64,000 nt of DNA from Eledone cirrhosa (lineage: Eukaryota), in the NCBI GenBank assembly GCA_964016885.1, contig OZ024743.1, forward strand, positions 245,954,001-246,018,000, given 5' to 3'. Below, piece after piece: positions 11,966 through 24,679 of the stretch. How positions within the stretch are numbered: the stretch's first letter is position 1; each line of letters starts with the position of its first letter. A program made the translations under genes and the position numbers. Below the pieces are notes generated by a model that saw nothing but the letters and a program-made list of their open reading frames with translations, ran no database searches and was not told where the DNA came from.

Positions 11966-12663
11966 TTGTCAAGAGGGCCGAGGGTGTCTTGGCATCACTC
12001 AGCAAGACCTTTGTTAGCCGCTCTCCAGCCAACTATTTAAAGCTGTATACAGCTATGGTACGACCACACTTGGAATTCGCATCATCAGTCTGGAACCCCT
12101 ATCCTGCTCAAAACATTAACCTCCTGGAAACTGTTCAGAGACATGCAACCAAGCGCATACCCTCCGTCAGACACCTACCATACTCTGAACGCCTTGCTTC
12201 CCTGGGCATGGATTCATTGAAGCTCCGACGTCTGGCAATGGACTTGGTAAACACCCACAAAGTTATTAACCATCTCGCCAACAACAACCCTGAGCACCTT
12301 TTTGATCTCCATGTGTCTAACACACGTGGACATGTCTACAAAATCAGAAAACAACACAGCTCCCATGACTTTCGGAAACATTTTTTCACGCTTAGAGTTG
12401 CTGAAGCATGGAACAAACTGCCGGCGTCGGTTGTGAGCTGCCAAGACACTGCATCCTTTAAAACCCTCATGCTTCCCGAAATTCGCCAAAACTACACCTG
12501 ATGTCCCCCTTCCATACACATGCACACATGTGTATATCATGACTCATGCACTGTTCATTTTCCTGACGTTTGTACATTACCCTATGTACTATACATACAC
12601 TTTTGATGAGTTGTAGTGCACCTGAGCACTGTACACAATATTTTCATTCTTATTATATTATAT
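11966..12663 (+). mobile_element. 5'-truncated CR1 copy (same family as 1152-4398)
   Basis: ORF 11911-12501 VRPHLEFASSVWNP...RKHFFTLRVAEAWNKLP; same 3'UTR and TTA-rich tail; possible TAAAATT TSD. Confidence 0.9.
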
Positions 12664-12931
12664 TAAAATTCATTATAAAGTCAAAATAAAGTCGAAGAAT
12701 ATTGATTAAAATGTTATTTAAAACATTGATAACCGTCAAAACCTAAGTCTTAGAGAAAGAGAACAAATTTAAAAAAAAACAAAAACAAATAAAACACTTA
12801 ACAAAAGCAGCTGGTTAAACAATTCCCTAAGGAAGCAACGAATCTCTCACTTATCGCAGCCTCCAGGATGTGGCAATGAGCAAAAGTGATGTCCCAAGTG
12901 AGACATCTATCTTCTATCCAGGAATGAAGAG

Positions 12932-13377
12932 TGTAGCAAGAGTTGCCTCCCTTGTCATGACAACCTCATCACCGCTCTCTAGACAGGAAGTGGCTGGAGT
13001 TGCTTCCCTTTGGGATTGACAGACTCCCTGTTGGTCACTTCCGGTCACTTCCTATAAAAGGAACAGGTCACCACGATATCTCTCTCTTGCCTCTTGATTT
13101 CTGAAGTGGTAACACCTCGACCTTAGCTTGTGATGATTCCTTCTTGATAATCCTTCGCTACCAAGAACAATGCAACTTGCAGCCTGAGAGCCTAAGATGT
13201 CAATACCAGCTAGAAAAGATCTCTTCTTTTCTCTACCAACTTCAGCCTCGAGTTATGACATAAATCCTTAATATTTAATACCTTTGACTTCCATGAAGTA
13301 AAAACATTATTATAACACACACACCGGTATTTACTGTCATTTTTATGTTATATGTACACCGATACTAATCTCCTAAA
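12932..13377 (+). repeat. 5' LTR
   Basis: TGTAG...CTAAA; TATAAAA at ~13053; near-identical to the 3' LTR. Confidence 0.95.
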
Positions 13378-13378
13378 G

Positions 13379-13397
13379 TGGTGACCCCCCACGTGAT
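13379..13397 (+). promoter_or_regulatory. Primer binding site, tRNA-Trp
   Basis: TGGTGACCCCCCACGTGAT vs the canonical Trp PBS TGGTGACCCCGACGTGAT. Confidence 0.9.
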
Positions 13398-13866
13398 TTA
13401 AAAAAAAAAAAAAAAAAGAATGGGAAATGGTATACGGTGTATATAATATATATAAAAAAAAATAAAGACAGAAGAAAAAGAGAAAAATATAACAATATAA
13501 TACAAAACGAACACCTACAATTATTGACACACAGACAAACAGCAGTTGTATAAATGTTTTTCCCTTTTTTTTTCTCTCCTTTTCTGCCCTTCTCTTCTCT
13601 GGCTAAAAATTTTTGAGGATGTCAAGATGGAGTCTCTCTTCTCCATCAATAGTGTTTTTGGCGCGAAATAGTCCGCCATGTTGGATTCTTTTTTTTTAGG
13701 TTCCTTGCCCTTACCTTAGTATAACAGCATTCACTTAATCGCTTGTTTGCATATTGTCCCGGATGCATTATTTTTCCGGTCCAGTGGTCTGACGGAAAAA
13801 TTTTGTTTTCCTTCCCTGTTACGTTAGAGACATTTTTCCAAACGGTAGATTGCCTGCGGTATACCA

Positions 13867-14662
13867 ATGGCTTCCCACTCTGTTCTGCCAACGTACACGG
13901 GCGACGTGAGGCTATGATTCTCGCAGTTAGAAGCATTCTTCAGGGCGAACAGAGTTGACGAGGAACTACAACATTCTGTGGTCCTTAGCGCAATTCCGCC
14001 GGCAATTCTCCCAGCGGTTAAGGACCTCGTGTTAGAGGCAACCACAGACTCGTCGTACACGTCTCTGAAGGCGGAAATACTCAGCCGGACAGAACAGTCT
14101 TCAGAAAAAAGATTTAGGGCTCTGGTCCATCTGGAGCATATAGGGGATGGCACCCCCATCGAACCTCCTTAGGCGAATGAAGGACCTAACGGAGGGGTCT
14201 GCAGCGGAAACTGTCCTGCTGAAGCAGTTGTTCTTCTCGCGCCTGCCGACCAACGTACAGGCAATTTTGGCCCCCATGAGGGATACAAGCACGGTGGATC
14301 AGCTTTCCACCTCTGCGGACAAAGTTTTCGAGGTGACGAATGCCGGAGGCAGCGACCCCCTTGCCGCTGTTCACCACCCAGCTCGGGCCACACACGGCCA
14401 TGCGATCTACGCGGCAGCGAAAACAGACAGCTCGACCATTATAGCGATGCAAAGGTCCATTCAGGAGCTCACCATAGAACTCCACAAGATGAAGGCCTTG
14501 TGTGGTGGCTGTTCGCGCCCCCGCAGTCGCGGGAGATCGCAAAGTTTTAGAAGGCGTTCTAAATCACCAGCTTCATCTCTATGCTGGTACCACGAGCGAT
14601 TTGCTGAGAACGCGAATCACTGCGTGCAACCTTGCTCCTTTCATAAGGCGGGAAACGCCTAA
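13867..14662 (+). pseudogene. gag: gag (in-frame TGA at 13915, frameshift near 14155)
   Basis: MASHSVLPTYTGDVRL*FSQLEAFF...; LLKQLFFSRLP; RS-rich linker; CWYHERFAENANHCVQPC (CX2HX9CX3C). Confidence 0.88.
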
Positions 14663-17600
14663 GAGGTCCTCTGATGGGGACAGTTGACCTCAACATAAAG
14701 CCACCAAACCGTCATTTCTTCATTAAGGACCTAATGTCCGGAAGAGGTTTTCTCGTGGATACAGGAGCCTCCTGTAGTATTTGACCGGTCCATTGCCTGA
14801 AAGATACCCCCATAGAGTCATCTGTTACGCTGTAGGCAGTTAACCACTCGTCTATAAAGACGTACGGGCAAATCTCGCTCCCTCTTAAATTCATAAATCT
14901 TTGAAGGGATTTTAAGTGGATTTTTACGGTTGCCGATTTGCCATATCCCATCTTAGGAGCGGATTTCCTCCACAACTCTTTAACTGTGGACGTCCGTGGC
15001 CAACGCCTGGTGGATAACATCACCGGCTTTTCAATTCATGGCCAGGAAGCCAATGCTCCAATAGTCAGCCCTGTGTTCTTTATCGCTGCCGCTGGAGACG
15101 CCTACCATTCGTTGCTGGGTTCTTTCCCGGAGCTCACGGATGGAAATTTTCGAGTCACTGACCCAACACACTCGACCGAACATTTCGTTTCCACCACCGG
15201 TGCTCCAGTGTTTTCGCGTCCACGCCGCTTACCGACGGAAAAATTAAAGGCAGCACGGTCCGAGTTCGACCATATGCTGCAGCTGGGCATTATTCGCCCA
15301 TCTACGAGTCCTTGGGCTTCACCGTTACACATGGTGCCCAAGACTTCCGGCGACTGGAGACCCACTGGGGATTATAGGAGGTTAAATGCCATGACCGTCC
15401 CGGATAGGTATCCCATTCCCTATCTCCACGATTTTGCATCTTCATTGCAGGGGTGTAAGATTTTTTCTAAGTTAGATTTAGTGCGAGCCTACCACCAAAT
15501 TCCGGTCAGGAAGGAGGATATTCCGAAAACGGCGATTACAACCCCTTTCGGATCCTTCGAATTTTTGACCATGCCTTTCGGACTCAGGAACGCCGCTAGC
15601 ACTTTTCAGCGGTTCATAGACGAGGTCACGCGTGGTCTGGACTTCGTTTATGCTTACATAGACGATATTCTCGTCGCTAGTTCCTCTCCGGAAGAGCATA
15701 TGCGCCACATGCTTCTCTTATTTCGGCGACTTCAGGATTACCGCGTTCGCGTGAATCCTGCAAAGTGTGTTTTTGGTTCCACTTCCCTACATTTTTTAGG
15801 CCACCTCATCGACGCCGAAGGTATTAGGCCGCTCCCTCAGCGAGTTCAAGCCATACAGGAGTTACCTCCGCCTACTACACTTCACCAGTTGCGTCACTTC
15901 TTAGGCCTAATCAATTTCTATAGGCGTTTCATTCCTCATTGTGCTAATTGGCTATCTTCCCTTACTGACATTTAAAAAAATCGTCGTAAGAAGAATGAAG
16001 ACATTTCCTTGACACAAGGACAGCTTCAGGACTTCCAGTCTGCCAAGACAGCACTCGCTAGTTCTTTGCTAGCCCACCCGGTACCAGAGGCCAAGCTTTC
16101 GCTTTGTGTTGATGCATCTGATACCGCTGTGGGAGCAGTTTTACAGCAGTCTTACGCTGAAAACCAACAACCTTTGGCATTTTTCTCGAGGAAGTTGAAA
16201 CCAGCAGAAACGCGTTATAGCACGTTTGGGCGGGAATTATTAGCCATATATCTGTCGGTGAAACATTTCTCTCATATTCTTGAGGGGAGAAATTTTACGG
16301 TTTTTACCGACCACAAACCGTTGACCTTCGCTTTGAGGGCCAAAGCCGACATATATTCGCCCAGAGAGACAAGGCACCTGGACTACGTTTCACAATTTAC
16401 AAACGATATCCAGCACATTGCCGGCTCGCACAACATAGTTGCAGACGCATTATTACGTTTGCCAATTAGCTCCATCTCGTCATCCCAGGAGATCGACTTA
16501 GGTCGTTTAGCTGCAGACCAACCTGCACTCCAATCGTTGGACACTCTTTCTACGGAATTTGCGACTTGCATTTTCAAATATCTGCCCTTGTCCACCACCG
16601 ACAGGCAGATTCTATGTGATGTATCCACTGATGCACCACGACCACTTGTTCCTCAGACTCACCGTCGAATTGTGTTCCTGGCTTTGCACAACATTTCTCA
16701 TCCAGGATCTGCTGCCACAGTTAAACTCATAACAGCCAGATTCTTCTGGCCAAATATGAGGCGCGACATTGCTGCTTGGTGCCGTTCCTGTATCGCTTGC
16801 CAGAAATCGAAGATCCATAGACACATCCGGACTCCACTTGGCACTTTCAGTACTCCAGATGCTCGGTTTCAACACATCCACATTGACATCGTTGGACCTT
16901 GGCCATTCAGCAGTGGATATTCTTACATATTGACGTGTGTCGATCGTTTTTCGCGATGGCCTGAAGCCATCCCTTTACAAGACATGACTGCTGAGACTGT
17001 AGCACGTGCCCTGGTATCAGGGTGGATTACCCGCTTTGGGGTACCAACTACACTCACCACAGACCGTGGTAGACAATTCGAGTCCCATCTCTTCTCTGAG
17101 CTCACAACAATAATTGGAGCTCAACGGATTCGGACCACAGCCTATCATCCTGCTTAAAATGGAATGGTGGAACGATTCCACTACCAATTAAAGGCCACTC
17201 TTCGCGCCTATCCAGACTCTCAACGTTGGAGTGAGTACCTTCCTATTGTGTTATTAGGAATTCGGTCATCAATAAAGGAGGACCTTGGGTTCTCCCCGGC
17301 CGAATTAATTTACGGTGCTCCTCTAGCGTTGCCTGGGCAAATGCTTGCCCCTGTTGATCTTGCTTTCCAAGATCCGCTTTCCTACGTATCCCGTCTGCAT
17401 TCTTATTTTCAGGACCTGCCGCCGATGGATACGAGGAAGCAAACTGTAAAACCTGCGGTCCCGAGGGATATTGCCTCGTGGACCCATGTGTTCATAAGGA
17501 ACGATGCTGTGAGGCCACCCCTCACACAACCATACTCTGGACCCTACCGTGTGTTATCACGCACTGACAAACATTTCACTGTAGACGTTAAGGGGTCCAG

Positions 17601-17796
17601 AGAGACAATTTCGGTGGATAGACTGAAAAGGGCACACAATGACGCTCATACACCCGAGCCACAAATACCCCAATCTTTCTCTCTTGTGCATACACCTGCT
17701 CCTTCTGCCCCACCTTCACCTACATATAAGACTACGACCCGTTCCGGTCGCAGAGTCCACTGGCCCAAAAAGTTCTGCCAAACTATTTTTATGTGA
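14650..17796 (+). pseudogene. pol: pol (PR-RT-RNaseH-IN) in the -1 frame, five premature stops
   Basis: Single frame with [46 protein letters not shown]; stops at 14782, 14833, 14902, 15973, 17155. Confidence 0.93.
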
Positions 17797-18413
17797 ACTG
17801 GCCATTGGAGCCTTATATATATATTTTTTTTTGCTGTTTTTGTTATTTATTGATTTATTGTATTACAATATACCTCTCATTACCATTTCACTGGATGTAT
17901 ATATATGTTTTTCGTTTCCTTTACAACGAACATTTTAAGCTATATTCTTCTATTTGCCGGTTTATAAATTTACCACGTAAATTTGCCGTCGAAAACCGCG
18001 CATTTATTAAAAATGCTTATTTCTCTGGTCGCTGGCCTCTTGACCCTTCCAGGTCAACGCATTCACAACATCAACAACAACAACACAGCTTCATCAACAA
18101 CTAAAACCAGCAGAACAAGCCAGACAATTTATTTCTGCAGCACTCTGCCTGTGAGAAATTCCCCTCGGAAGTTGGAAATTTCATGTTATACCACAGACCA
18201 GAAACCACCTGCATTCATTCTCTGGAACACATTCTTTACTGCTGTCATGTGATTGCACACATGTGAACTGTATTTTAGATATTTGAACTTTTGACCTCTT
18301 CTCTTACTTTTATTACTTTGTATCATAATTTTCATGCCTCTTACATGCTCGCCATCTTACTCCATGCATGATTCTTTCGATTTTTATGTTTTTCAAAATC
18401 TGGCGGGGGATAA

Positions 18414-18875
18414 TGTAGCAAGAGTTGCATCCCTTGTCATGACAATCTCATCACCGCTCTCTAGACAGGAAGTGGCTGGAGTTGCTTCCCTTTGGGATTG
18501 ACAGACTCCCTGTTGGTCACTTCCGGTCACTTCCTATAAAAGGAACAGGTCACCACGATATCTCTCTCTTGCCTCTTGATTTCTGAAGTGGTAACACCTC
18601 GACCTTAGCTTGTGATGATTCCTTCTTGATAATCCTTCGCTACCAAGAACAATGCAACTTGCAGCCTGAGAGCCTAAGATGTCAATACCAGCTAAAAAAG
18701 ATCTCTTCTTTTCTCTACCAACTTCAGCCTCGAGTTATGACCATCGGGTAACAAATCCTTAATATTTAATACCTTTGACTTCCATGAAGTAAAAACATTA
18801 TTATAACACACACACCGGTATTTACTGTCTTTTTTATGTTATATGTACACCGATACTAATCTCCAATCTCCTAAA
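18414..18875 (+). repeat. 3' LTR
   Basis: Follows the PPT; differs from the 5' LTR by about 4-5 substitutions and two small indels. Confidence 0.95.
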
Positions 18876-19879
18876 AGAGTAAGACCATTTGGTCTCTTCC
18901 CATCAGCTTTGGACAATCTAGCCGGCTCCAGAATTGAGGAGATATTTATCCAAGTCAGAGCCTGTTTAATAATTAAGTTTAGCTTGGTGTGGTGAACAAA
19001 GCAATCAGTATTCAGGTGGCAAGACACACCATGAAGATCTGTGGAATCAAGGGGCCTACCAACTATAGCAACATTTCAGTTACACATAGACATCGGTTCA
19101 CTCTCTGAGTGCAATGGAGATGAGGAGATCATCCTGACTGAGTAAGCCACCAATGTTGGTCACGGGCAGAGCATCAATTGAGCCCCCTGAGAATTTTGCA
19201 CTTGCAGAAAGTAGGCAACCCTTTGAGAATGGATCATATTGATCAAAGGGAGAGTTAAAGGTGTGTCTCAAATGCAGATTATCGTAGACTCTCTGCTTCA
19301 GTCTATCCTCTCCTGACAATAATTATCTCCCTGATAATCAACTTTAAACTATTATGTAAATGAATTTGTGCCTTGAGACATATCTTTTATTTATTTTTTC
19401 TTTTATTGGCTTCAGTCATTCAAGCACCAACTTGATTTAATTTATCATATTGATTCCAGTACATTTTTTCAAGCCTGATACATACAGGCATGTACACCAT
19501 CACCGTTTTACGTCCATTCTTCCACGCTAGTATGGGTTAGACGGGTTGTCCTGTTGTGGGCAGTGCCAGGTCAGTTGACCTTGTCTTGCTCATACAGAAC
19601 TGATTCTGGCTTGATTTCTATAGCTGGATGCCCTTCCTAACACCAACCTCATTTACAGTGAGTGCTGTGTGCTTTTTGTTGTGACTCCTACATGACCACT
19701 TTACAGTGTGGAATGGGTACTATCAGGAACTGCTTCGAACTGTCTTTTGCTTGGTCTAAGACAGGCTATTTATATCTGTCGCTTCCTCTGTCCCCTGCCT
19801 TGAGAATCACCGGGGTGACCTTGAGCGATAGCCCACGCACAGACATGTTTACGCCAAAAAGGAGGTAATCTAGAATTTG

Positions 19880-20130
19880 ACTGTTAAATGTCACCCAAGG
19901 GTTAAGGTGTGGAGAGATTTCACTACACCCTTTGCGTAGTTCTGAGGGAGATTCAGTGTGACACAGTGTGTGACATGGCTGGTCCTCCGAATTACAAGTA
20001 CAATTCATTTTTGCCAGCTGAGTGGACTGGAGCAACGTGAAATAAAGCGTCTTACTCAAAGACACAATGTGCCGTCGGGAATCGAACTCACGACCTTACG
20101 ATTGTGAGCCGAATACCCTAACCACGCACT
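19880..20130 (-). mobile_element. tRNA-head SINE with CCTTGAGCAAGACACTTT-type core; relatives at ~26428-26805(+), 35495-35820(+), 43340-43452(+), 56060-56330(+)
   Basis: Minus strand GTGGTTAGGG...GAGTTCGATTCC pol III boxes, then TGTGTCTTTGAGTAAGACGCTTTATTTCACGTTGCTCCAG. Confidence 0.75.
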
Positions 20131-20514
20131 TTAACACGCATAAATACATATATAAGCATATATATATACACAAACAGAAACACGCACACATATATATATA
20201 TACAAATACATACTCACACGCACATACATACGCACACAGATATACAAGCACACAGTTACTCACACATACACAGATATAAACACATACAAACACACATATA
20301 TAAATAAATACACACACACACACATATATATATGTACATATATATATATACACACACACACATATATATAGAAACATACAAACACGCACACATATATAAA
20401 TACACATACATATATATGCACACAAACTCACATATACATATAAACACACACTCATATACACAGCCACTTTACTGTGAAATATTAAAACATTTTCTTCCCT
20501 CCTACGTTTATTTT

Positions 20515-21520
20515 GTCACTCTCTCTCAAACTATTACGCCTTTCTCACTAAATCATTATACCTTTATCACCCTCTCTATATACCACTACATGCCTCCTTC
20601 TCTCTCACTAGACCAACATTCTCCCTCTCTCACTAAACCACCAAACTCTCTCCCCCTCTCTATATCCGACTACATACCTTACTCTCCCACTCTCACAATT
20701 CCCCCTCTCTCATTAAACCACAAACAATTCTACCTCTCTCTATATACCATTACATACTCTCTCACAATTCCCCCTCTCTCACTAAACCAACAAACTATGC
20801 CCCCCTCACTCTATATCTCACTTCATGCCTCACTCTCTCTCACAATTCCCCCTCTCTCACTAAACCAACAAACTATGCTCCCCTCACTCACACCTCACAC
20901 TCTCACAATTCCCTCTCTCTCAATAGAGCACCAATCAGTCTCCCTCTCTCGATATTCTACTACATACCCCACTCTCTCTCTCCCTCTCTTAATTTTCCCT
21001 CTCTCACTAAAACAACAAACTTTCTCTCCCTCACTCTATACCACTACATACCTCACTCGCTCAATTCACCCTCTCTCACTAGACCACTAATCTATCTCCC
21101 CCTCTCTATATGCCACTACATAACTCACTCTATTTCACTCTCTTAATTCCCCCCTCTCTCACTAAACCAACAAATACTCTCCCGCTCTCTTTATCCCAAT
21201 ACATATCTCACTCTCACTCACAATTCCCTCTCTCTCACTAGACCAGCAAATTCTCTCCACCTCTCTATATTCCACTAATACCTCACTCTCTCTCACTAGG
21301 CCAATAAACTCTTTCCCCTTCTCTGTAACCAACTACATACCTCACTCTCTCACAATTCCCCCCTCTCACTAGACCACCAAACTCTCTCCTCCTCTCTATA
21401 TTCCACTACATACCTTACTCTCTTTCACTCTCTTAATTCCCCCTCTCTCACTAAACCAACAAATTCTCTCTTGCTCTCTATATTCCACTACATACTTCAC
21501 TGTCTCTCACATTTCCCCTC
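20515..21520. repeat. Degenerate pyrimidine-rich minisatellite (~60-80 bp unit)
   Basis: Recurrent CTCACAATTCCCCCTCTCTCACTAAACCAACAAA...CTCTATA..CCACTACATACCTCA. Confidence 0.85.
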
Positions 21521-21521
21521 C

Positions 21522-22279
21522 TGAAAAAATATTTACAACAGCTCTGGCTAGCAGAATATGGGATTTGAAAGACCAAGGTTTCCAATATAAATTAGATTGG
21601 TCAATTTTGAACCAATCTAAAGAATATGCAAGAGGAACAAGAAGAGGCGCACATCTGCATAAGTGAAAAATATTGGATTTTACAGAACCTTAAATCACCA
21701 AAAACCTGCCTAAATGAAAAAACAGAAATTTTCACCAGTTGCCCACACATGAAATCACACTTGCTTTCCAGCTCATATAAACTTAACTCACTTTCAGATA
21801 CTTATCCTCCATAAACTCTTGTTCTTCACTTTCCTTAAATTACCCTCTTTATAGACTTCTCTTTCTGATTTACTTATATTTTTATTTTTAACTTTATTTT
21901 TACTTCACATCTACCAGTGCCCCCCCCCCCCCCCCCCTGCTTTTTGATTCACTTACTTTATATCTTCACAATTTTACATATTTTACTTCCCCATTTTGTT
22001 TCACTACCTGATATCACATGTCACTTGCGTTTTCAACTCAAGATATATTCTGTTGTCTCTCAGCCGCTTTATGTGTGTTTACTTGCGTTTAATTTGTACT
22101 CATTTATTCATTCGGCTGGTTTTTATATTGTATCTATGCGTGTGAGCGTGCATGTGTGTGTATGCGTGTTTGTATATGTATACGAATGCATTCGTTCGTA
22201 TGTGCGTGTGTGTGTGTATGTGTGTTTTTATATCTATGTTTTTTACATACTTATATATATATGTGTGTGTGTGTATATG

Positions 22280-22338
<59 letters not shown>

Positions 22339-22339
22339 A

Positions 22340-22371
<32 letters not shown>

Positions 22372-23340
22372 GTCGCGTGCGTGCGTGTGATTAGATGTAC
22401 ATGTACGTATATATATATGTCATTCGTGTGTATGTATGTATATGTATATGTGTATATATATATATATATAGTCGCGTGCGTGCGTGTGATTAGATGTACA
22501 TGTACGTATATATATATGTCATTCGTGTGTATGTATGCGCGCCATTGTATGTGCTTTTGTCTGTACGTATTTATATATATATTTATATATATATATATGT
22601 GTATGTACGAACCTATGTTTGTTTTCTATTTTTTTCTAGTGTTACTTTATAGTTGATAACCCCTCCCTCTCACTTTCTCTTTGATTTAATTTTTTTATTC
22701 TCATATTTTTTCATTTTTTTCATTTTTATATTCGTATCGGCCTGACACTGCTTTGACTGATACACTCCCTTCCCTGTATATATCACTCGCATGTATGTGG
22801 TTGCGCGTGTGTGTGTGTTTATACGCGTGCTTTCATACTTGTATGTGTATATATTTCAATCCTCAGTACCTGAGTCTGGATGTACGTTATCTCTATTATC
22901 TTACAATTTCTTTTTCAACATATATTATATACGTATTTGTGGTCACACATACACTGATATGCTTGCCCTCATATATGTACTTACGCACACATTTTTTCAC
23001 TATACACATGCATTTGTACATATACACATATGTACATTTGTGAGTGAATATACATACATTTATACACATAACCTAACTATATTTCCTTATTTTATTTTTA
23101 TATATCTCTTGCATTACTTTTATTTATATATTTTTTAGCCCGTTAAACTATAGCCTTTCTTGAGGAGATTTTTCAAATATTTCACTATGTTTTAAATTGC
23201 CTTGTCCGACGAACGAATGAGGACGTTTCTTGTATTCGTCTTATTCGGGAAACCTCTGGTAATGAGGTAATTATAGTGTATTGTTTATTATACTATATAT
23301 CTAATAATAAAATGTGGAGAGGAAGCACACGAGTTAGGAT
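21522..23340 (+). mobile_element. PLE 3' remnant: GIY-YIG C-terminus (21522-21814), microsatellite-expanded tail, hammerhead
   Basis: TALASRIWDLKD..YKLDWSIL..IC.SEKYWI..CLNEKTEIFTSCPH, a typical PLE endonuclease end; hammerhead at 23195-23272; ends in (TA)n. Confidence 0.7.
23195..23272 (+). ncRNA. Type I hammerhead motif (variant core CCGACGA)
   Basis: Stem I AAUUGCCUUGU/AUGAGGUAAUU (11 bp); CCGACGA-A; stem II CGAAUGAGGACG/CGUCUUAUUCG; G-GAAAC-C(UCU)G-GUA. Confidence 0.75.
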
Positions 23341-23469
23341 ATATATATATATATATGAGAACAGGGAGAAAAAGACGATTATTAGGAAGAAAAATATTTC
23401 GTTCTAACCCAGAAAAAAGAGAGAGAAAAAATAAAAAGGGAAATAAATATATTTTTCTTCCTAATAATC

Positions 23470-23533
<64 letters not shown>

Positions 23534-23593
23534 ATACTTTGGGAGGGTCATGTTGCCAATAAGAAACACACGCACCAGTTGCTTTCACTCCAA

Positions 23594-24568
23594 TCTATAT
23601 ATATAAAACTGTGGTTGTCTGTCTGTCTATCGATTTTTGGCACACATCTCCTCTTAGAATCTCTCACGGAATTGCACCGAAATTGCTATACTTGTACATT
23701 GAGCCCTAGCGAAGACATCGGAAAAAAAAATTTCAAATTGACCCACCCTATGTGACGAAATCGAATATAATGTATCGATTTTTGAGCGTAAGTGATCAGT
23801 TATTTCCCTTTGTTCTGTTTACATTGAGCGTCTTACGTAAAAAATTACGCTGGCTTTCTCAGCGTTTAAAATGACATTAACACAATACACGAACAGACAG
23901 TTGTCGAGCCAGCAAAATATTGACCTGCAAAATTCATCAGTTCGAACACTAAGCTTCCGTTTTGCTTCATTTCCATTTAAAAGCATTTTAAAACAATATT
24001 TTTACTTGAAAACAAGTCTATTTAAAGACTACGTAAATATTTCGTCGTTAGGCGTGCAGACAGACAGTCGTGCAGACAGTCGTGCAGAGAGGTGATATAC
24101 GCGTGCAGACAGATAGTCGTGCAGAGAGGTGATATAGGCGTGCAGACAGACAGTCGTGCAGAGAGGTGATATAGGCGTGCAGACAGATAGTCGTGCAGAG
24201 AGGTGATATAGGCGTGCAGACAGACAGTCGTGCAGAGAGGTGATATAGGCGTGCAGACAGACATAACTGATAATTTGGTTACGCTAATGTTTTTCTCTGC
24301 GTTGCAGTGTTTACATTTTCGATCTTTGTTAATAAATAACCAGTGCAGTTTCTATCCCCAACATCCTCTTTTGTTATAACATTCGGATTATCGTTATGTT
24401 TTCTTAACTTCATAAGGCATATTGTTGGTTGAGGGAATATTAATCAAAAACACCACATGCAAGTCTGCACAGTAGACACTACAGTTTTTAAGCCAAGAAA
24501 GAAACTTAACATTGTAACTTTAACACAGCTACTGAGCGACCCCGAGCAACGCCGGGCTTTACTGCTAG
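23594..24568 (+). mobile_element. Non-autonomous Helitron
   Basis: A|TCTATATATATAAAA start, (GTCT)n, internal 37-bp tandem array (24050-24262), CCCG..CGGG hairpin, CTAG|T end, no TSD. Confidence 0.88.
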
Positions 24569-24636
24569 TTTATTATAAATAAAATTTATAAATTTCCGGT
24601 TGGTTGGTTCTACAACCGGACGGTTGTTCATATATT

Positions 24637-24679
24637 GTCAAAGGTCTTTCGTCACACATTCTGTGACCTCTTCAGTAAC
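24637..24679 (-). ncRNA. Minimal type I hammerhead motif (family B)
   Basis: GUUA-CUGAAGA-G-GUCACA(GAAUG)UGUGAC-GAAAG-AC-CUU/UGAC, located in the PLE 3' region downstream of GIY-YIG. Confidence 0.8.

Larger units (their letters stand above)
12932..18875 (+). mobile_element. Full-length Ty3/Gypsy LTR retrotransposon, CsRn1/Kabuki/Boudicca clade, defective
   Basis: LTRs 12932-13377 and 18414-18875; AGAG TSD (12928-31, 18876-79); tRNA-Trp PBS; PPT GGCGGGGGATAA (18402-13); order Gag-PR-RT-RH-IN; CHCC Gag knuckle. Confidence 0.96.
12850..19320 (-). mobile_element. Second CRE-clade RLE remnant interrupted by the Gypsy element (pieces 18876-19320 and 12850-12931)
   Basis: Removing the LTR element and one TSD restores the in-frame sequence KRPNGLTL-HSWIEDRCLTWDIT. 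Confidence 0.8.

Noticed and set aside
17800-18400. env-like third ORF in the Gypsy element
   Set aside because: Short AT-rich ORFs with no signal peptide, fusion or TM architecture; interpreted as 3' untranslated region.
20332-21090. 252-aa Pro/Ser/Leu-rich ORF
   Set aside because: Product of a G-poor minisatellite that lacks stops by composition.
24050-24262. CRISPR-like regular repeat
   Set aside because: 37-bp units are contiguous with no unique spacers; internal to a Helitron; eukaryotic context.
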